Assembly: GCA_964016885.1 (NCBI GenBank)
Contig: OZ024743.1
Coordinates: 338,582,001-338,646,000 of the forward strand
From: Eledone cirrhosa
Taxonomy: Eukaryota
Length of the DNA: 64,000 bases
Reading direction: 5' to 3'
This document shows positions 28,508-42,433 of the stretch, in pieces. The notes beneath the pieces are model-generated. The model ran no database searches. It was not told where the DNA came from and saw nothing but the letters and a program-made list of their open reading frames with translations. Both the position numbers and the translations under genes were made by a program. The first letter of the stretch is position 1, and each line of letters starts with the position of its first letter.

Positions 28508-28562
28508 CATTCTGATGATTGAAAGCAACATTTGTTTGCTTTCAAGAAACCACTGGTAAATG
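28508..28562 (+). ncRNA. Canonical type I hammerhead ribozyme
   Basis: catt-CTGATGA-TTGAAAGCAA catttgt TTGCTTTCAA-GAAA-CCA c TGG-TA-aatg. Predicted cut after 28558. Confidence 0.88.
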
Positions 28563-28590
28563 AAATAATTACCTTATGTTGTTTATTACA

Positions 28591-28631
<41 letters not shown>

Positions 28632-28650
28632 GAAAGGTATAGAAAACATA

Positions 28651-28688
<38 letters not shown>

Positions 28689-28882
28689 TATGTTTTCTAT
28701 ACCTTTCATTTATATATTTATATATGTGTATATATATATATATGTGTGTGTGTGTGAGTGTATATATACACATATGTGTGTATATAGAGAGATAGATAGA
28801 TACACACATATGTGTATATATACACTGGCATATATATATGAGAGACAGAGAGGAAGAGAGAGATGGAAAAGAGATGGGGAGA

Positions 28883-28980
<98 letters not shown>

Positions 28981-29144
28981 GGGGGGGGGGAGAAGGGGGA
29001 GCATAGGTTTATTTACGCCGATATAGGTAAATTGTGGTTGTTATGAAACTATATTTATGGGATATTTTCGGATTATTGCCTCCTTTGTTCTGTAATAAAC
29101 CAACCATCAAAAATGGATGTTATAATTGGAGGAAGCGGGGTGAC

Positions 29145-31195
29145 AGTGGTGGTGGTGGCCGTTGTTGTGGTGGTGGTGGTGTAGGTGGTGGTGGTGTGTG
29201 TTGTTGTGGTGGTGGTGGCTGTTGTTGTTGTGGTGGTGGTGGTGGTGTGTGTTGTTGTGGTGGTGGTGTAGGTGGTGGTGGTGTATGTTGTTGTGGTGGT
29301 GGTGGCTGTTATTGTTGTGGTGGTGGTGGCTGTTGTTGTTGTGGTGGTGGTGGTGTAGGTGGTGGTGGTGTGTGTTGTTGTGGTGGTGGTGGCTGTTGTT
29401 GTTGTGGTGGTGGTGGTGTGTGTTGTTGTGGTGGTGGTGTAGGTGGTAGTGTAGGTGGTGGTGGTGTATGTTGTTGTGGTGGTGGTGGCTGTTATTGTTG
29501 TGGTGGTGGTGGCTGTTGTTGTTGTTGTGGTGGTGGTGTAGGTGGGTGGTGGTGTGTGTTGTTGTGGTGGTGGTGGCTGTTGTTTGGTGGTGGTGGCTGT
29601 TGTTGTTGTGGTGGCGGTGGTGGTGGAGGTGGAGGTGGAGGTGATGGTGGCTGTTGTTGTTGTTGTGTGGTGGTTGTAGGTGGTGGCTGTTGTTGTTGTG
29701 GTGGTGGTGGTGGAGGTGTAGGTGATGGTGGCTGTTGTTGTGGTTGGGTGGTGGTGTAGGTGGTGGTGGTGTGTGTTGTTGTGGTGGTGGTGGCTGTTGT
29801 TGTTGTTGTGGTGGTGGTGGTGGTGGTGGTGGAGGTGTAGGTGATGGTGGCTGTTGTTGTTGTGGTGGTGGCTGTTGTTGTTGTTGTTGTGGTGGTGTAG
29901 GTGGTGGTGGTGTATGTTGTTGTGGTGGTGGTGGCTGTTGTTGTGGTGGTGGTGGTGTAGGTGGTGGTGGTGTAGGTGGTGGTGGTGTGTGTTGTTGTGG
30001 TGGTGGTGGCCGTTGTTGTGGTGGTGGTGGCTGTTGTTGTTGTTGTGGTGGTGGTGGTGGTGGTGGTGGTGGCTGTTGTTTGGTGGTGGTAGCTGTTGTG
30101 GTGGTGGTGTGTGTTGTTGTGGTGGTGGTGGTGGCTGTTGTTTGGTGGTGGTGGCTGTTATTGTTGTGGTGGTGGTGGCCGTTGTTGTGGTGGTGGTGGC
30201 TGTTGTTGTGGTGGTGGTGGTGTAGGTGGTAGTGTTGTGTGTTGTTGTGGTGGTGGTGGTGGCTGTTGCTTGGTGGTGGTGGCTGTTGTTGTTGTGGTGG
30301 TGGTGGTGGTGGAGGTGGAGGTGGAGGTGTAGGTGATGGTGGCTGTTGTTGTTGTGGTGGTGTAGGTGGTGGTGGTGTATGTTGTTGTGGTGGTGGCTGT
30401 TGTTGTTATGGTGGTGGTGGTGTAGGTGGTGGTGGTGTGTGTTGTTGTGGTGGTGGTGGCCGTTGTTGTTGTGGTGGTGACTGTTGTTGTTGTTGTGGTG
30501 GTGGTGGTGGTGGTGGTGGCTGTTGTTTGGTGGTGGTGGCTGTTGTTGTTGTGGTGGTGGTGGTGGAGGTGTAGGTGATGGTGGCGGTTGCTGTTGTGGT
30601 GGTGGTGGTGATGGTGGAGGTGGTGATGATGGTGGAGGTGGTGGTGATGGTGGAGGTGGTGATGGTGGCTGTTGTTGTTGTGGTGGTGGTGGTGATGGTG
30701 GAGGTGGTGATGATGGTGGAGGTGGTGGTGGTGGCTGTTGTTGTTGTGGTGGTGGTGGTGATGGTGGAGGTGGTGGTGATGGTGGAGGTGGTGGTGATGG
30801 TGGAGATGGTGATGGTGGCTGTTGTTGTTGTTGTGGTGGTGGTGGTGATGGTGGAGGTGGTGATAGTGGCTGTTGTTGTTGTGGTGGTGATGGTGGTTGT
30901 TGTTGTGGTGGTGGTGGTGGAGGTGTAGGTGATGGTGGCTGTTGTTGTTCTGGTGGTGGTGGTGATGGTGGCTGTTGTTGTTGTGGTGGTGATTGTCGAG
31001 GTGTAGGTGATGGTGGCTGTTGTTGTTGTGGTGGTGGTGGTGGTGATGGTGGTGGTGGTGACGGTGGCTGTTGTTGTTGTGGTGGTGATTGTCGAGGTGT
31101 CGGTGATGGTGGCTGTTGTTGTTGTGGTGATGGTGGTGATGGTGGTGGCGGTGTAGGTGATGGTGGTGGTGGTGGTGTTACTGGTAGTGGTGGTA
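29145..31195. repeat. Compound (GGT)/(TGT) trinucleotide array with higher-order units
   Basis: Direct reading. A similar (CAC)-rich tract lies at about 13765-14190. Confidence 0.95.
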
Positions 31196-31626
31196 CATTA
31201 TTCCCTACTTTGCTTTGCTTGACCACACTAATGCTAATGAAACAAAAATAAACGAATTAGAAGCAGTAGTTTATCTTGAGCATTGGTGCGATAAATGGTA
31301 TCGACTGACAATTAATTGATTGACTCATTGATCTTTTTTCGATGTAACAATCAGTGATTAGTTCTTCTATTGATCTTTCTCAATTACAAAGAAAATTTGT
31401 TACCTATTTCCGATACCTTGATTATCCGAGGAAATATGGAATGGAGTATACTGTCCCAAAACGGTGAAACAGAGTAATTGATTCGAACTCACGATCTATG
31501 AATAGATGAAAAGATATATCATCTCAAAATAAATTGGTAAGTTCAAGGGTGAAACCAGATGGTAGCCAATATGATGTGTGTATGTCATTATTATATATGT
31601 GCGTACATACCTACACACGCCCCACT

Positions 31627-31739
<113 letters not shown>

Positions 31740-31781
31740 CCGTAGTGGTAGAGCACTTAATCCATGGGACGAGTTTGGTAG

Positions 31782-31917
31782 AAGTGGTAATACAACAATT
31801 AATTCCCCAAACCGAGAATAATTGTTTCACCTTAGCGCATCTTCAGCTGTACGAGCTGAAGATCCGCTAAGGTGAAACAATTGTTCTCGGTTTGGTGAAT
31901 TAACTGTTGTGTTACCG

Positions 31918-31920
<3 letters not shown>
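31782..31920. ncRNA. Palindrome carrying two back-to-back hammerheads (+ 31852-31889; - 31813-31850)
   Basis: Plus strand: cgag-CTGAAGA-T-CC gctaa GG-T-GAAA-CAATTG-TT-ctcg. A diverged mirror copy lies on the minus strand. Confidence 0.78.
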
Positions 31921-31974
<54 letters not shown>

Positions 31975-31982
<8 letters not shown>

Positions 31983-32645
31983 GCAAGTTTGAAGAACTAT
32001 TAGATAAAATATATACAGTATTTCCTCTCCTAGTCCGTATAAAGTAACCACATAAAAAATCATTTAAACGAGGCTATAAGTTTAAAATGTACCTATGAAG
32101 AAATAATAGACAAATGATACAGATTATCTTCCGCGATGTACAGCCATATAAAATTTATCCAGTTATATAGCCTGTAGAAATTGACTACCGCTGGCCACGT
32201 GATGGTTCTTAGCCATTTTGAATTCATTCTGGCGGAGATCATGGTAGAAAACTTAGCCCAGACAGGGGTGTCTCCTCATGAGTTCCAAGCCTCATGGATA
32301 GATCCAAGATCGGGTATATCTAAAAAAGGGTAGTCGAGACTAGAGGAATTTTGGTAAAGTTTATGTGCATTTTTTCTTCAAACTTCTATTTTGTACCTAA
32401 CTCCGTGTAGTTATTTGTCTAGTCAATTTCTACAGGCTAAAAGAAATAACTGGATAAATTTTATATGGCTGTACATCGCGGAAGATAGTCTGTATCATTT
32501 GTCTATTATTTCTCCTTAGTTACATTTTAAACTTATAGCCTCGTTTAAATGATTTTTTTTATGTGGTTAATTTATACGGACTAGGAGAGGAAATACTGTA
32601 TATATTTTATCTAATAGATTTTCAAACTTGCAATTTTATATATAG
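31975..32645. repeat. Fold-back inverted repeat (arms about 31975-32190 and 32420-32645)
   Basis: atacagtatttcctctcctagtccgtataaa vs tttatacggactaggagaggaaatactgtat. Confidence 0.93.
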
Positions 32646-32909
32646 CTCTGATTAATGATTATTTGCTTAATTAATTATTCATTGAGCCACACCGTGAAAG
32701 GTAGCCAAACTCATATATGTATCTATGACTATGTCTAATTATATATATATATATATACCCCTTTGAATTTTATATATATATACGCTTGAAGCGAAATCTT
32801 ATTTCTTTTCTATTATAAGTTGAGCCAACTTATGCAGCTTCATATGCAAATGAGATTAATCACCTCATTTACACAGACGAGAAAACTATATATACTCGAC
32901 TGTTTTCAA

Positions 32910-33003
32910 GTCCAGCAGTAGCAAGCGGTGGGAGGGACTGGCCTGACGAAGGCCAGTCAAGCCTGAAATGCATAGACGGTTGTCCCCCTTGCTTCTGCTG
33001 GAC
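32910..33003 (+). ncRNA. Type I hammerhead with extended stem I
   Basis: CTGACGA-AGGC cagtcaa GCCT-GAAA-TGCA-TA. Outer stem gtccagcag.agcaag/cttgct.ctgctggac. Confidence 0.8.
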
Positions 33004-33204
33004 ACCACCAGAGGGCGTTAGCCCCCGGTATTTGCATAGCTACGGCTTCCTAAAGCCGTGTTTCTTTAGAAATACGAAATTTTTATACATTTTTGTATAA
33101 AGCTATGCTTGAAGCGAAATCTTATTTCTTTAATATATATATATATATATGCATGTATGTATGTATGTATATATATATATATATTTATTAAAATAACAGA
33201 TTAA

Positions 33205-33255
33205 AGTTTAAGCAAAGAATCGCTGCTTTCACCCTTAACGGGATCTTCTGAAACT
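33205..33255 (-). ncRNA. Hammerhead variant, CAGAAGA core
   Basis: Minus strand: agttt-CAGAAGA-T-CCC gttaa GGG-T-GAAA-GCA gcgattctt TGC-TT-aaact. Confidence 0.6.
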
Positions 33256-33297
33256 AACAAAGTCAATGAATATATATATATATATATATATTATTAT

Positions 33298-33367
<70 letters not shown>

Positions 33368-33402
33368 TTAGGTTAATAGGTTAATAACACCAATCAAACC
33401 CC

Positions 33403-33462
33403 TTTTATAGCTCTGACGAATCGTACGGTTACGTAAGGAAGAAACATTGTAAGCCAATAAAA
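33403..33462 (+). ncRNA. Type I hammerhead
   Basis: ttttatagct-CTGACGA-..TACG gtta CGTA..-GAAA-CATTG-TA-agccaataaaa. Confidence 0.7.
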
Positions 33463-33495
33463 ATCTTTTGATGTTGTAGACGCTCTTGTGTTCTT

Positions 33496-33586
<91 letters not shown>

Positions 33587-33595
33587 TATATATAT

Positions 33596-33649
<54 letters not shown>

Positions 33650-33651
<2 letters not shown>

Positions 33652-34572
33652 AAATTAAGATAGATTAAATGGATTTAATCTAAATCAAAATTATGGGTGT
33701 CATGCCAGAAAGACATGCGTCATATCACCCGGAAAATAAGCTCTAAGATTCTAACGAGTAGGTCCGAGCATTTTATAATAACTAGAAATTGATTAACATA
33801 TATATAAACATGAATAATCACAGGAGATAATTTTTACAAGTGTGTAACCACACATAGCTAGGTAGGTAACTAAATAAAGTTGACCAGAACTTCAAAAATA
33901 GATACCTTATAATATGATTAATCTTCCCTGTATATATTCCATTAAAGAAATATATTTCACCAATTAATCGGATGGTAAACCACGGAAGTGGGGACTTGGA
34001 TTTTCAACAAGGAAGAAGTTCCAGCAATCCGTGCTTACACTTCAAGTTCAAAACTGCGACTGGCCATCACCACGTGTAGTATTTACTAGAAATACACACA
34101 TCATAGTAGCTTCGTCCCAGTGGCGTGAATAGGGTTATCGACAACTAGAAACAGCAGTCGAGTCCTTTCAACAGAGTTAGCTCTACAATTAAGGAGCCGT
34201 ATTTATATATCTATATCCAAAATTAAGATAAATTAAATGAATTTAATCTAAATCAAAATTATGGGTGTCATGCCAGAAAGACAAGCGTCATATCACCCGG
34301 AAAATAAGCTCTAACATTCTAACGAGTAGGTCTTCCTTGTTGAAAATCCAAGTCCCCACTTCTGTGGTTTACCATCCGATTAATTGGTGAAATATATTTC
34401 TTTAATGGAATATATACAGGGAAGATTAATCATATTATAAGGTATCTATTTTTGAAGTTCTGGTCAACTTTATTTAGTTACCTACCTAGCTATGTGTGGT
34501 TACACACTTGTAAAAATTATCTCCTGTGATTATTCATGTTTATATATATGTTAATCAATTTGTAGTTATTAT
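33650..34572. repeat. 568-bp monomer plus about 115-bp direct repeat plus about 240-bp inverted copy
   Basis: caaaattaagata at 33650 and 34218. 34332-34572 is the reverse complement of about 33775-34020. Confidence 0.92.
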
Positions 34573-34626
34573 ATATATATATTTATAAATATATATATAT
34601 ATTTATAAATATATATATATTTATAA

Positions 34627-34729
<103 letters not shown>

Positions 34730-34932
34730 TGAGTAATAATTCATGAGCGTTTTCATTTTAATTTTAAAATGCGCAGACAAAAGCACTTAGGCAAAACTTA
34801 GGCAAAAACACGCTCATGAATTATTACTCAACCTAATACATAGTGTGTGTGTGTGTGCGTGTGCGTGTGTGCGCGCGTATGTGCGTGTGTGTGTGTGTGT
34901 GTGTGCCTGCGCGCGTGTGTGTGTGTGTGTGT

Positions 34933-35000
<68 letters not shown>

Positions 35001-35429
35001 AACAATGAAAATAAAACAAAGCTCAGAGATAGGCAGTTAATTAGTTCATTGTTTAGCGATCGTTTCAGAGGGTTGATTGATCGTGGAAGATCAATATATT
35101 GACTAGTATATCGACTAAATAGTGAGTTTTGTTACTTGTCTGCTGACCCTGTGGTAAACAAGCGAAACTCCAGAGTAAGACACTCATAATTTAGCCTTAA
35201 TAAAATGAATATATATATACATATATATGTAACGTATATATGGGAGTTGGCTGAAAATGTCATAAGTTGACGAAAATACTCTCATGGAATGACTAAATTA
35301 TGTTTATTTTTCAACATAGTCCCAAGAAGGAAGCAATGCAGTTATTAATAAAAAGAGTTGAAATTTGCACCATGATGCAAATCGAATTTGCCCCATGTAG
35401 TGGAGCAAATTTTGGAACAGAATAGAAAG

Positions 35430-36340
35430 AATTAAGAATAAGGCAAATAAAATAAACTCATGGTATGATAGCAATACATGCCAGAGTGTAATGTTCGTCA
35501 ATACAACCTCTAGAGGTGAACTAGCTTATAGATTTAGACAAGCTCAAATAAAATATTAAGATAGTTGAAAGACCAGGTATTCCCATAAAAACCCTACTTA
35601 GCAAAACATACCCATTTCAAAGATCCCCCTGTGCTGATAGGAAATGCATAGTCTGCAAGTTAAGCCCGCAAATTAACTGCTAAACTAGGAACGTAGTATA
35701 TAGCATAAACTGTACTGAGGAACAGTGTAGGATTAAGAACATAACATACATAGGTGAAACAGCCCGTAGCATAGGAGAAAGGATAAGTAAACACAGGACG
35801 GGGAAAAAACTCATCAGTACTCCACCAACATGCCAAAATAGAACATAGGGGCACGTTAGAGAACATAGAGATAAAAATTATATCCACACACAGAAAAGAT
35901 ACAATGCTCAGGCAACTCACAGAGGCAACAAATATAAACGAACTCCAACCAAAATTATTCAGAAAACATGAGTGAAATAGTAACATTTCAACTAGTAATT
36001 AAGGACAAAATGAAGATATACATACACACACAAAAACCAAACTAACAAAACAAATCAGACACACAGAGATAGAACAAACAACGAACTAGTGACAAGTAAA
36101 TAAACACATAAATAAATAAATAAAAACACACACACACCCGGATGTAACGCATGCGCAAACTAAGCACACAACACACAAAAACAAGATGGTGTATGACAGA
36201 ACAAAGGAAAGACACAAAATAAAAACCTAGTCACTGAGGACGTCACAAAATGTATGACGAAAGTGCTTTGACAAAATATAAACAACCTTCCGGTTATCGA
36301 ATCAACAAACCAACCAGAAATTTATAATAAATTGAAGTGA
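35430..36340 (+). mobile_element. Penelope-like element 3' fragment (GIY-YIG domain plus pLTR)
   Basis: SVMFVNTT.RGELA, KIVERPG, C..C..C, NVVYSINC...TYIGETARSIGERI, RQLTEATNI. HHR at 36230. Confidence 0.85.
36230..36272 (+). ncRNA. Minimal type I hammerhead in PLE 3' end
   Basis: gtca-CTGAGGA-C-GTCA caaaatgta TGAC-GAAA-GTGC-TT-tgac. Confidence 0.72.
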
Positions 36341-36453
36341 AAATTTAAAAGTGCGTGTGTTTTTATTGGCAACATGACCCTCCCAAAGTATAACAATATC
36401 TGTTTCAACACATGTTTTCAGATAAGAAATCTTGCAAAACAAATTCCAAAACG

Positions 36454-36523
<70 letters not shown>

Positions 36524-37162
36524 CGGGCGCTCTATCTCAAAATTATTTTTGAAAAGCATTAGAAATGCGCAACCGGTAAAAACTTAAAACTAAAACTGAA
36601 TACTAACCAATACTTATTACTCATTTTTACTTATTCCTAATTAAACTATTTTTCACTGGGAACAATTTGTCAGCATTTTCTTTTCCTTATACTAATATAT
36701 ATATATATAGGAACGAGTAGGACCCCCTGGGGTCCTACTCGTTCCTATAACCCACTCTACTACCCTAAGTATTGAATACTTTGGTGCGTTATGGTCCATC
36801 TGGTTCCTGACCACATTTCCTTCGTTATATATATATATGAATTTTTAACTGTTGGTCAATCAATGATAAGCGTTGATTGCCAAATAAATTAACTATGGAG
36901 ATATAAAAGATACAAAAGTGAAAACCAACCAAACAGTGAGTGTGTCCTGTTATTATTTCTGGCCATATTATTACAAAAATATGACCCTCCCCAAGTATAA
37001 CAATATATATATATAATATATGTAGTAATAAACACAGTAAATCGTGTGTCTAAAATTACGAGGGTTGAAATACCGCATTTGTTTGAGAAATTTAATCAGA
37101 AGCAAGCGGAATATACATAAAATAAAATAAAATATATACAGACCGCCTCAATAACTATTACA

Positions 37163-37248
37163 TCTCCCGGACAGATTAGGGACTTAATCTGTTTCGTCCT
37201 GAGAATTGTGTTTGTAACAGATAATCCATGGGCATCATCAGCGAGAGA
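37163..37248 (-). ncRNA. Canonical type I hammerhead with full stem III
   Basis: Minus strand: tctctcg-CTGATGA-T-GCCC...GGAC-GAAA-CAGATTA agtccc TAATCTG-TC-cgggaga (GUC triplet). Confidence 0.88.
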
Positions 37249-38408
37249 ATAGATTAAATGAAACAAACAGCTAAGCCAAAAGCCACACGAATGAATATTT
37301 CACCTCGTGTGCTAGAAACAATAGCCTAATACACCTGTAACGGAATATTATGTGTGGTTGTAACGACAAGTAGATGGATGGAGTAACTGTTGGTATGGTG
37401 GTTTCGGCGTAGAGAAAAATACCAGGAGTGTTGTTACAAAGTTTATTTTATTACAACAATATTCAATTTGAATATTGAATGATAAAATAATTGACACAAA
37501 ATATTCATACAATAATTTGGTGGCTCTTCGAGCCACGTACATTCAAATATCACAGAATACGATTATAATATGTGTAAACAGAAATGAATGGTGCGTGTAC
37601 AAATGCTGGACTCACTGTGAATGCGTGTGTGCGGCGTATCAGTATATTTACTTATTTGTATTGCAGGAGTCAGCGATCAGCCAGGAAGGTGAGAATAAAT
37701 GGCAGACTGGTTTTTCGTGACGAGAGCCTGTAAAAACGTCTTGTCTGTATCCACTTCTTTTCTGTTCTTGGCGTAAACAATCCCTGTCTTTATAAGAGTT
37801 GAAGTTAGAAGGATAGATATATCCTCTGAACTTTGGTTAGTCTCCCAAGGGATTAGTTTGCCAAGCGTAAACAAGTCAGAAAGATGGATATATCCTCTGA
37901 CCTATTTTCTGTCAGGCGTAAACACCTCTCACCTGTGTTTAGCCTCTCCCAAGGGGTTAGTCTTTTGAGCGTAAACAAGTTACCACGGCTTGTCCCAGAG
38001 GCGGGAAAGCTCAGATTCGGTTTCGAATCTTCGCCGCCGTTCCAGTGAGAAAGCTAAGATTGAACGATCTAGGTGCATGTGAAATGAAGATAGGTATGAC
38101 TAGGTGTGTTGTTGAAGAAAATCAGTAAAAATTAAAAAAACACATGAAAGTCATTTACAAACAGGAGACATGAAAGAAAACATGCAAAGCAAAAGAAATT
38201 TACATGCAGGAAAATGTACTGTGATGTTACATAAAATTGAAAATGTTCGTACGAAAAGTTTGTTGATTAAAAGTTCGTTCATTTCATAGAAACGGAAAAA
38301 TTTTCTTTTGTCTGTTCTTTCGATGTGGGTGATGCACAGAGTTAATTTATTTGTGTGTAACAATAGTTTATGACCACAGAAATTGGCCGATTCGTTTAAA
38401 TGTACAAA

Positions 38409-41400
38409 TTAGCCGAAATATCGACCAGATGCATAATTTGTACTTACCTGATAAACTTGTACGTATCGCGTGGGCCATCGGACTGTCCTTCCGGATTTGG
38501 TGTGTCGGGGTTGTGTAGAATGTGTCGTGTTTGTGTCGGACAAAGTTGTTGGTGAGCCTGCTGGAGAAACGGTGGGTACTGGTGGCAATTCCTGTTCTAT
38601 GAACGCTTTTTTTAAACGATCAATGGAGACGGTATTTCGTTTCCCGTTCAAGTCGAGGACGAAATACTTAGGGCATTTCTTATCACCTTATAGGGCCCGG
38701 AATACGGCAGACGAAGTTGCGATGGAATACCGTCATTTCTAACGAAAACATGGGTCCATGTATCGATGTCTTTTGGTATGTGTGAAGAAACGTGCTGTTG
38801 TTTATGTGTGAAGAAACGTGCTGAAGGAGACAGATGCGACATCGATGACCGTAAACGGTGCACAAATTTTGTAGGGTCTGGAAGTTCTTGTGGCGAAACA
38901 GGAGCGATCATTTGTCCGGGTAGAGTGAGTACGGTGCCATACACCATTTCAGCCGGAGAATGTCCAACTCCCTCCTTAACAGTGGAACGAATACCAAGAA
39001 GAATGAGTGGGAGGTATTCGAACCAGTTAGTGGAGTCTTCGTAAGCCTTGATAGATGATTTTAGCTGGCGGTGTAAGCGTTCTACCATGCCGTTAGCGGC
39101 AGGGTGATACGCTGTTGTACGGATGTGTTTGCACCCGAGGAGACCAGTCAGCTCGGTAAATAGGTGCGAATCGAACTGACGTCCTCTATCCGTAGTGATG
39201 GTCGCTGGTGAGCCGAAACGCGAAACCCAGAGAAACACTAGCGTTTTGGCGACAGTTTCCGCAGTAATATCCGTCAGGGGAAAAGCTTCTGGCCAGCGAG
39301 AAAATTGGTCGACACAGGTGAGAAGATGAGTGTAGTTGTGAGAAGGAGGCAAAGGTCCAACGATGTCTATATGCACATGTTGGAACCGTGCATCAGGTGT
39401 TGCGAAAGAGCCGATCGTGGCTTTGATATGCCGGTGAATTTTCGCCTTCTGGCACGCGATGCAGTTCCTAGCCCATTCGCGGGTGTCCTTGTTGATGTTG
39501 GGCCACACAAAGCGGGCAACCATCAGTTTCTGCATGGCGCGGACGCCAGGATGTGCCAGAGAATGCAGTGCCGAGAAAACGTCGCGTCGATGTTTGCGGG
39601 GCACGTATGGGCGCTCGTGGCCTGTGGAGATGTCGCACCAAATATAACCCGAAGAAGAGGGCAGCGGGCATTCCCTCAATTTCAAGGATGATTTCCGGAG
39701 TTGCAGCAGTTCCTCGTCATTCTGTTGATCCGCTGCAATCTTCTGGAGGTCGATAGTGGCAGTGGTGTGGATTGCGTTAAGCTCCATGCGAGATAGGGCA
39801 TCAGCTGCTGAGTTGGTGGCACCCTTAATGTACCGAATATCAGTAGTGTACTGAGAAATGAAGTCCAGATGTCGGACCTCCCTGGGTGAGTGTCGGTCAG
39901 GCTTGGCATTGAACGCGCACACTAGTGGTTTGTGGTCGGTGTATATAGAGAATACACGACCTTCTAGCATGTGTCGAAAATGCTTGACAGCAAGGTATGC
40001 TGCCAATAATTCACGACTGAATGTGCTGTACTTAGTTTCGGCGGGTTTTAATCGCTTAGAGAAAAAAGATACAGGTCGCCAAATATCGCCAGAGAGTTGT
40101 TGAAGCACACCTCCAACTCCGAAATCGGATGCATCAGTCAATAAACACATTGGGGCGTCAGGTTTGGGGTAACTCAGCATTGTAGCCTCGGACAACATTT
40201 TCTTCAACTCAGCGAAAGCGGTACATTCTTTTTCGCTGAGCTTGATGTTTGCGTTTTTGGTTGTACGCTGCCGCAGCAAATATGTGAGTGGTTGGGCTGT
40301 CTCTGCACAGTGGGGTATAAATCTTATGTAGAAGTTTACCAGGCCAAGAAATTCTCGCAGTTTGCGGAGAGATATAGGTTGTGTAAAATCAATGATGGAT
40401 TTGACTTTCTCCTTAAGTGGGCGAATACCATCTTTGTCAATGATGTGTCCCAGAAAATGAAGGGACGCAACTCCGAACTCACATTTGCTGGGGTTGATAA
40501 CAATTCCATATTCACGCAAACGTGTGAATAGGAGATCCGGGTGTTTCTCATGTCTTCATCGGAGCTGCTGGCCACCAGTAAGTCGTCAATGTATGCGTAT
40601 ACAAAAGGTAGACCCCTGGTGACTGTATTGATGAATCGCTGGAATGTCTGCGCTGCATTTCGCAAACCGAAAGGCATACGCAGAAATTCGAACATTCCAA
40701 AGGGTGTTGTGACTGCGGTCTTTGGAATATCTGCGGGCTCAACAGGTATCTGATTGTAAGCTCGCACAAGATCGATCTTCGAAAATATGCGAGCCCCGTG
40801 TAGCGAGCTAGAGAAGTCCTGTAGATGAGACACTGGATAAGAGTCAGGAACGGTGCAGTTGTTTAGTGCACGCTAGTCGCCACAGATTCGCCAGTCGTTC
40901 GACGACTTCTTGGGTACACAGTGTATGGGTGAGGACCAGTTGCTGCTGGACGGACGTATGATGCCGAGATCCAGCATGTGCTGAAATTCTTGTTTGACGG
41001 ACTTCAGCCGGTCTGGTGGTAGCCTTCTAGGTCGTGCAGCGACAGGTAGGCCGTGAGTTTTTATGTGGTGTGTGACATCATGTTTTACAGGGCAAGCGTT
41101 GAATAGTGGTCGAGCTACGTCTGGGTATTTGTTGATGATGTGGTTGTGCCGGGTTGTTGTTGTCGATCGTGAAATGACTGGACTGACTGTGGCTGTCCTA
41201 GCGGCTATGCCGCACACAGCGAGACCAGTGGAGTTGTCAACGAGACGTTGGTTTTTCAGATCCACTAGAAGCGAGAAGTGCTGAAGAAAATCAGCTCCTA
41301 AAATAGGGGTCGGCAACTTAGCCACAACGAATACCCACTGGAAAGTGCGGCGTAGTCCCAAATTTAGTGTCAGGGACTGTTCTCCGTAGGTCGGAATATG

Positions 41401-41600
41401 TGAGTGATTCACCGCCTGGAGCCAGGCTGGTGTCTCTCTCCTTTTTCCAGGAACGCAGGAAACCGGGATGATGCTCACTTCAGCACCGGTGTCGACAAGG
41501 AAACGCGTGCCTGTGACGCGATCCTGTATGAAAAATAGGCGACTTTGGTTATGAGGGCCAGAAACGTCCGTCGCATTCAGTTTCTGGCTGTGTCGTTTCT
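38409..41600 (-). pseudogene. pol: Gypsy pol (protease, RT, RNase H, integrase); stop at 40873, frameshifts near 40545 and 38680
   Basis: [67 protein letters not shown]. Confidence 0.95.
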
Positions 41601-42433
41601 CTGATTTGTTTTCGAAACAAATGAACAGGGATGGCTGCACTTTTTCGCTCGTCTCCCGAATCTTTGGTGGTACCAACACATTTCTGGTGAATCTCGAGAT
41701 GCGCTGGGACTTCTTGAGCGACCACCAAATCGGCGAGTTCGGCTGTTGGACCGACATGTGGCAGGGTTGCCCAGTGACAAGGCCTGAATTTGTTGCGTCA
41801 AGGCCTGTATCTGTATTGCTTGCTGTGCCAGTAACTGGTGTAGATCGGGCATCTCTGTGGCACTGGAGGGCTGAAGAAAAGGATTGGTGGGAGGCACGGC
41901 TGGCGTCACATTCGCTAAAGTTGAGTGCGGATGTGGTACCTCCATGATCTTATCTGCCAGCTCGGCAAGTTCTTCTATGGTGGTGGACGCTAGTACAACT
42001 TGTGTGGCAGAAGGTAAATGCTGGAGGAAGAGTTGCTTGAAAATTTCATCCGGGAGTTTATGTTCACCCAGAAACTGCTTCATTTTCCGTAGGAGTTGCG
42101 TCGGCTTTTTATCTCCTAATTCCTCCGATATGAAAAGCTGGTGCAAACGCTTCTGCTGCGACTCCGATGTCCGCTTAACTAATGTTCTTTTAAATGTGTC
42201 ATATGACACAGAGCCGGGTGGGGCTAAAATGAGGTCTCGAACCTCATTCATAATCTCCAGAGACATCGAACCGATGACATGTGTGAGACGGGATGCCTCG
42301 CTAACGATCCGGTTCGATGCGAACTGCGCTTCGATGTGCGCGAACCACAGTGTTGGATCGTGCACCCAGAATGGTGGAATGTCGACCTGACTGCCATTTC
42401 TGCCGTAGATGAATCGTCGTGTGCTAGAGACAT
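41577..42433 (-). pseudogene. gag: Gypsy gag, frameshift near 42385
   Basis: PPFW..DPTLWFAHIEAQF, LGDKKPTQLLRKM, CWYHQRFG..AKKC. Confidence 0.9.

Noticed and set aside
35123-35186. CTGCTGA...GAAA-CTCCAGAG-TA motif
   Set aside because: Possibly a decayed HHR, but core, stem II and stem I all have mismatches. The same applies to 34125-34160.
35240-35325. CTGAAAA-GTCA..TGAC-GAAA hammerhead-like match
   Set aside because: Stem I is weak and the sequence resembles a mariner terminal remnant.
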